From NCBI GenBank assembly GCA_036630325.1, contig CP142732.1, positions 124,001-188,000 on the forward strand: a DNA stretch of 64,000 nt, in the 5' to 3' direction. Numbering within the stretch: the stretch's first letter is position 1; each line of letters starts with the position of its first letter. Made by a program: the position numbers and the translations under genes. Shown here piece by piece: positions 59,604 through 64,000 of this stretch. The stretch comes from Vairimorpha necatrix (lineage: Eukaryota). Below the pieces are notes generated by a model that was not told the DNA's origin, did no database searches, and saw nothing but the letters and a program-made list of their open reading frames with translations.

Positions 59604-62600
59604 TGTGTTTATTTTCCATAATGAGGGGTAAAAATAATAAGGATATATAACATCCCCCCTCCAAGACGGTAGTCTCATACTAGAACTCATGTATCCCAAG
59701 CAGACCTTTTAAATCATAATGCCGCTTTTTCACGATCCTACCATTTTCCAAACTAACTAAGTACGAGTCACCTCCGCAAACTTCCTTGATAACACCATAT
59801 CCTAAAAACCTTCCTTTCTCATACTTACTACAACCCGATAAGTTCTCTTTCTTCGCTACCCTAACTCTCTGACCTTTATAGAATTTCTCTCTTTTGCGAG
59901 TCACAAACCTCCTACTATAAAATCCTTCAGGTCCATTCTCGATCATAACATGGCCCGTTTCGTCTCTTGAGGCCTCAAACGGTGTACATCTCAACCCTTC
60001 ATGATAGCTGTTATTATAACGCCATATACATCTATTAACCTTGGCTTCAAAATCCACAGCATCATCTTTCAATATTCCTTCTCTTATGGTTCCTATTACC
60101 CTTTCCACTCTTCCATTACTTCTATGACTTTCTACGCTTACTTTCCTATGTAATACATTTTCCTTTGAACACCAATTCCTCATATATTCATTACTAAATT
60201 CTTTACCGTTGTCAGTAATTATTTCTACCGGTTTCATTCCTGATCCACACAACTGTTTTAAAAATCCTACAACCGAGCTTCCGCGTTTGTCCTCTATTAC
60301 TTTTCCCCAAACGATCCTAGTATAATAATCAATCACGACCAACACATATTTCCCTAAATCTCTAAACTCAATCAAATCCAAAGCAACCTTTTCCAAATAA
60401 AATCTTGAACTAACAAAATCACAACCACCACTCTTTTTCCTATTATATATTTGGCAAACTTCACACTTCTTTAAAACATCCTCGATATCCTTCTTCATAC
60501 CCGGCCAATAAAATTCAAACTTCATTGCATAGTACACTGATCCTAAACTTCTATGTCCCAAATTTTCATGAGCATTGACAATTAAACCTTCACGCAATTC
60601 TTTCTTTGGAATCTCCGCTTCTCTACCAGAGTCAAATACCCAAATTTCCTTCCCATCAACAACTTTAACATGCTTGTCCCATTTGCCCCGTGCCTGTTTA
60701 ATACTTCTCTCCTTATTCATTAGCGTTTTCTCATTTTCATGTACCCTACTCAGTGCATCTGCTACAACCATGGTACTAGGCTCTCTATATTCAATGCTAA
60801 AGTCGAACTCTTGAATCTTTTCAATCCACCTGTTAATTCTATTATTGTTAAATGCTGGTTTATTTCTAATCTCGATCAATGCCTTATGATCAGTTTCTAC
60901 CCTAAATCTTCTTCCGCGTAGTTCATATTCAAACTTTTTAATTCCCCAAAAGACTGCATACATCTCCTTCTCACTGATTCCATATCTCGTTTCCGTAGGC
61001 GTAAACTTTTTTGATGCCCACTGTACTGGTACCCAATTACCTTGATCATCTTCCTGCATTAAAACAGCACCCATTCCAACATTACTCGCATCCGTGCGTA
61101 ACAAAAATTCCTTATTATAATTAACAATTGCTAAACCTTTTAAATCCCTAATCACTTCCCTTAAACTAATATATTCTTTTTCCATTTCTTCTGTCCATTT
61201 CCAATTACTTCCTCGTCCTTTAAGAGAATCCGTCAACGCCAATGTACGTTTTGCATAATTATCAATATGATTTCTAAACCATCCAGCCAGCCCAAGAAAC
61301 TTCCTAACATCTGATACACACTCCGGTTTGGGAAATTCTAACGCTTCATTTTGCTTTATTTCAGATGGCAGTATCTCCTTGCCATTAACTGTTACTCCTA
61401 ACAACATCACCTCTCGTTTACATAATTGAACCTTAGCCAAATTAATTTTCATACTATTCTCCTCTAATATATCCACAGCCTCTTTCAACAATTTGTCGTG
61501 ACCCTCTCTTATCTTACTATGAATCACAATATCGTCCATATAAATTTCGATTCCCTTACCAATAAATTTTTCAAAAATCCCATTCATTATTCTTTGTAAT
61601 ATCTGCGGTGAGTTTTTAAACCCCATGACCATCGAATTCCACTCGTATACCTTTTTATTAAACTCAAAAGCCGTCTTAAACCTATCCTTCTCTTCAATCT
61701 CAATACTATAAAACCCCTCCTTTAGATCTATCACGGTAAAAAATTCAGATCCCTGTGTACTTCTAATAACATATCTTATCCTAGTTAACTCATAAGGATC
61801 CTTCTCTACAATGTCATTAAGAGCAATTAAATTACTTACTAATCTTATATCACCATTCGGTTTCTCAATCGCTCTAATGGGATTTCTCCAGTCAGATGTC
61901 GACCTTCTAATTATCTTTCTTCTTTCCAAACTATTAATATAATCTTCCGTCTTCTTCAACAAAGCCTGAGCTATAGCCTGCCCTTTTTTAACAACTTTCT
62001 TGCCTTCTTGAGTCTTGATAATACATTTTTCAACCTTACAAAAACTAATATCTTCATCCTCTCTTCCTCCTACCCGTGAAATAATCTCCTCTAAATACGC
62101 GATGCCTCTTACATCCCTTCTCAACAGAACTCTCTTATTATTGTCCCTTTTGCTATAATCTTGTATATCCCCTAAATTTTTCTTCTTACGTTTCCCACCA
62201 TCAACATTATAATAATCACATTTGTCCGAATTGGAATCGTCATCACATTTCCCCTCTAAGTCTAATTGCACTTTACATTTACCAACATAATTAAAACTAC
62301 TTTTATTTCTTCTGTCTTCAGAATCTCGCCTCATTCCCCTACAAAATCTAACACTATGGCCTAACTTCCCACAATTGTAGCAACGCATATTCTTTTTATT
62401 TTCCTCACGAGACAACTTATTCTTCTCCTCAAATTTAGCCCATAACGCTAGGGACAACTCTTCAAATTCTTTTTTTTTCACTTGTTCCTTTTCCTCCTGA
62501 ATAGCTAGCAACTCTAATTTTTCCTCAATTTCCTTCCAACTACCCTCTTGCGAGATCCTCTCAACAATAAAATTTCTCAATAAAATAGAACCTCTCATAA

Positions 62601-62787
62601 AAATTTCTAATTTAAATCCACACTCATCAATTTTCTCTAAAAACAACTCAAAAACAATCCTTTTAACCTCTTTTAATAATATTCTAGCCTCTTGGCCACG
62701 GTCCTCCTTTGTAGACCCATTTTCTGGTATCGCCCCCATGTGTTTATTTTCCATAATGAGGGGTAAAAATAATAAGGATATATAACA
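59604..62787 (-). mobile_element. Intact minimal Ty3/Gypsy element with 49-bp LTRs
   Basis: Identical LTRs 59604-59652 and 62739-62787, TSD TAACA, PBS-like TGGGGGCG (tRNA-Pro-like), PPT GGAGGGGGA. Removal restores the host frame KDYVMKAGV. Confidence 0.96.
59680..62754 (-). CDS. Polyprotein (1024 aa): short Gag with CCHC knuckle, RT, RNase H and integrase, no recognisable protease
   Basis: Start moved to MENKH inside the LTR, just after CCCC. CYNCGKLGHSVRFC, YMDD, LRTDAS, HENLGH/CEVC, ITDNG, SNGRVER. Confidence 0.95.
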   Translation of the reverse strand: MENKHMGAIPENGSTKEDRGQEARILLKEVKRIVFELFLEKIDECGFKLEIFMRGSILLRNFIVERISQEGSWKEIEEKLELLAIQEEKEQVKKKEFEELSLALWAKFEEKNKLSREENKKNMRCYNCGKLGHSVRFCRGMRRDSEDRRNKSSFNYVGKCKVQLDLEGKCDDDSNSDKCDYYNVDGGKRKKKNLGDIQDYSKRDNNKRVLLRRDVRGIAYLEEIISRVGGREDEDISFCKVEKCIIKTQEGKKVVKKGQAIAQALLKKTEDYINSLERRKIIRRSTSDWRNPIRAIEKPNGDIRLVSNLIALNDIVEKDPYELTRIRYVIRSTQGSEFFTVIDLKEGFYSIEIEEKDRFKTAFEFNKKVYEWNSMVMGFKNSPQILQRIMNGIFEKFIGKGIEIYMDDIVIHSKIREGHDKLLKEAVDILEENSMKINLAKVQLCKREVMLLGVTVNGKEILPSEIKQNEALEFPKPECVSDVRKFLGLAGWFRNHIDNYAKRTLALTDSLKGRGSNWKWTEEMEKEYISLREVIRDLKGLAIVNYNKEFLLRTDASNVGMGAVLMQEDDQGNWVPVQWASKKFTPTETRYGISEKEMYAVFWGIKKFEYELRGRRFRVETDHKALIEIRNKPAFNNNRINRWIEKIQEFDFSIEYREPSTMVVADALSRVHENEKTLMNKERSIKQARGKWDKHVKVVDGKEIWVFDSGREAEIPKKELREGLIVNAHENLGHRSLGSVYYAMKFEFYWPGMKKDIEDVLKKCEVCQIYNRKKSGGCDFVSSRFYLEKVALDLIEFRDLGKYVLVVIDYYTRIVWGKVIEDKRGSSVVGFLKQLCGSGMKPVEIITDNGKEFSNEYMRNWCSKENVLHRKVSVESHRSNGRVERVIGTIREGILKDDAVDFEAKVNRCIWRYNNSYHEGLRCTPFEASRDETGHVMIENGPEGFYSRRFVTRKREKFYKGQRVRVAKKENLSGCSKYEKGRFLGYGVIKEVCGGDSYLVSLENGRIVKKRHYDLKGLLGIHEF

Positions 62788-63299
62788 TAACATAATCTTT
62801 AGTGGCATCTGTTAACGAATTTAGGCATACTTCATTAAATCTTCTTTCGTATTCATTCTTAGTATATTTTTCTAGATACGACGCCACTTCTAATTTGGTC
62901 TGAATTTCCGTAATCATCTCCTCTATTAGGTCATAATTAGTCTGTTTTATTTCTAGCACTCTTACACCCGCCGAAGAGAATAGGTTTTTTGGGTAGGCTA
63001 TACTTAAGATCTCTTCCTTTAATTTCGCGTACGTCTTAGCATCATTTCCATATTGATTTTCATAACCTTCAATTACATTCTGCAGTACTATTAGATTCTC
63101 TTCATCGTTCCATTCTAGTTTATTGCTAATGTCTTCAAATTTTCTAAACCATTTTAACATGTTGGTTTTTTCAATATATTTCACTTTTTCTAATTGTTTA
63201 ATAATTGGCTCCTTTAGGCCTTTGATTTTGATTTCAAAGCTGATCATTTCTTTGATAGATTCAGTTTTTATCCTTTTGTTTAGTTTAGGATACAGCTTG

Positions 63300-63311
63300 G
63301 TTAAATTTAAC
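63300..63311. other. Perfect 12-bp palindrome GTTAAATTTAAC at the PBS position of element H
   Basis: 1 nt inside the 5' LTR boundary (63313). Confidence 0.9.
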
Positions 63312-63741
63312 TTGTGGTATCCACCACTTAAGAACATGTCAAGAATATTAATATTTATTTGTTTGTTTACCGTATTGGTTATTCTTCTTGTTTCCTGTTC
63401 TTTATTCATCTCGTACCCCTGGATGGATAAAATGTTTAAATATTTATCGGAGGGAAAAGTATTGGACTTGGAGGGAAAGATGTCAAATTTGGAGGGAAAT
63501 GTTAGTAAACATATCGTATGATATTTAGGATATCATAATTAGCTATATATAATTTTAATTATCATCTACTTTTCTTATTTCGTTGAACAACATTTTATGT
63601 AAATATTATATAGATTTAAAAATTTTTAAAGGCCTGAAAGCTGCACAATAAACGAACTTATGTCTACTATATCCAAGGATAATGCTATAAAAGATATAAA
63701 TGTTTTAATCATCTTTGATATCATGGGTTGTTTTTAATTAG

Positions 63742-64000
63742 TGCTGTTTATTTTAAGATATCTTAGGAGTAAAAAAAAATACAAATTTATAAATATTCAA
63801 CATCTCTCCTCTTTTATAAGCTAATATACAAGTATTTTGAGGTGACACGTATGTCTTTAAGCCTTCTTCCTTTCGATAATACTATATACGAATTATTTTC
63901 TAATCTTTCTATAATCTCTCCTCTATATTTAAACTTGGGTTGTCCTTTAGCTACAGCAAATTCGTTCTTTATTATCACCTGATCGTTTTCATTAAACACT
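63742..64000 (-). mobile_element. 3' end (integrase tail, PPT, short LTR) of an E/G-like element running off the window
   Basis: FNENDQVIIK...GQPKFK..G matches the tail of element E. PPT AAGAGGAGAGA is followed by TGTTGA at 63802. Outer LTR end approximate. Confidence 0.72.

Larger units (their letters stand above)
56244..63537 (-). mobile_element. Ty3/Gypsy element H (relative of B), interrupted in gag by a micro-LTR element
   Basis: Apparently identical 225-bp LTRs (56244-56468, 63313-63537), TSD ATTAG. ORF pieces 62788-63409, 57731-59599, 57441-57791 and 56488-57369 are collinear with element B. Confidence 0.95.

Noticed and set aside
57819-59621. Plus-strand ORFs of 128-200 aa, and similar short antisense ORFs over other elements
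   Set aside because: Antisense shadows of A-rich gag-pol coding sequence with no motifs of their own.
62755-62808. N-terminal extension MPLKIMLCYISLLFLPLI of the 1042-aa ORF, which looks like a signal peptide
   Set aside because: It spans the host gag, the TSD and the LTR. It is a junction artefact; the native start is 62754.

Overview
AT-rich eukaryotic DNA, most likely from a large-genome microsporidian. This is inferred from intronless genes, a CCC-like motif just upstream of ATGs, and the transposon families present. By my own tally about 70% of the window is nested transposable elements: seven two-LTR Ty3/Gypsy retrotransposons, two truncated ones, several solo LTRs, three Merlin/ISXO2-type, two Ginger2/TDD-type, one Tc1/IS630 (DD34E) and one Mutator-like DNA transposon, plus three RLE-type non-LTR fragments. 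Only three convincing host genes are present: two paralogous Sfp1-like C2H2 zinc-finger genes and one multi-pass membrane protein. Two things stand out. (1) One Ty3/Gypsy lineage has no tRNA primer-binding site; a perfect 12-bp palindrome (GTTRAATTYAAC, with a compensatory base-pair change between families) sits 1 nt after the 5' LTR, suggesting tRNA-independent priming. (2) Two intact ~3.1-kb elements have only 38-bp and 49-bp LTRs, a tiny Gag and no recognisable aspartic protease. In every two-LTR element the polyprotein ORF starts inside the 5' LTR.
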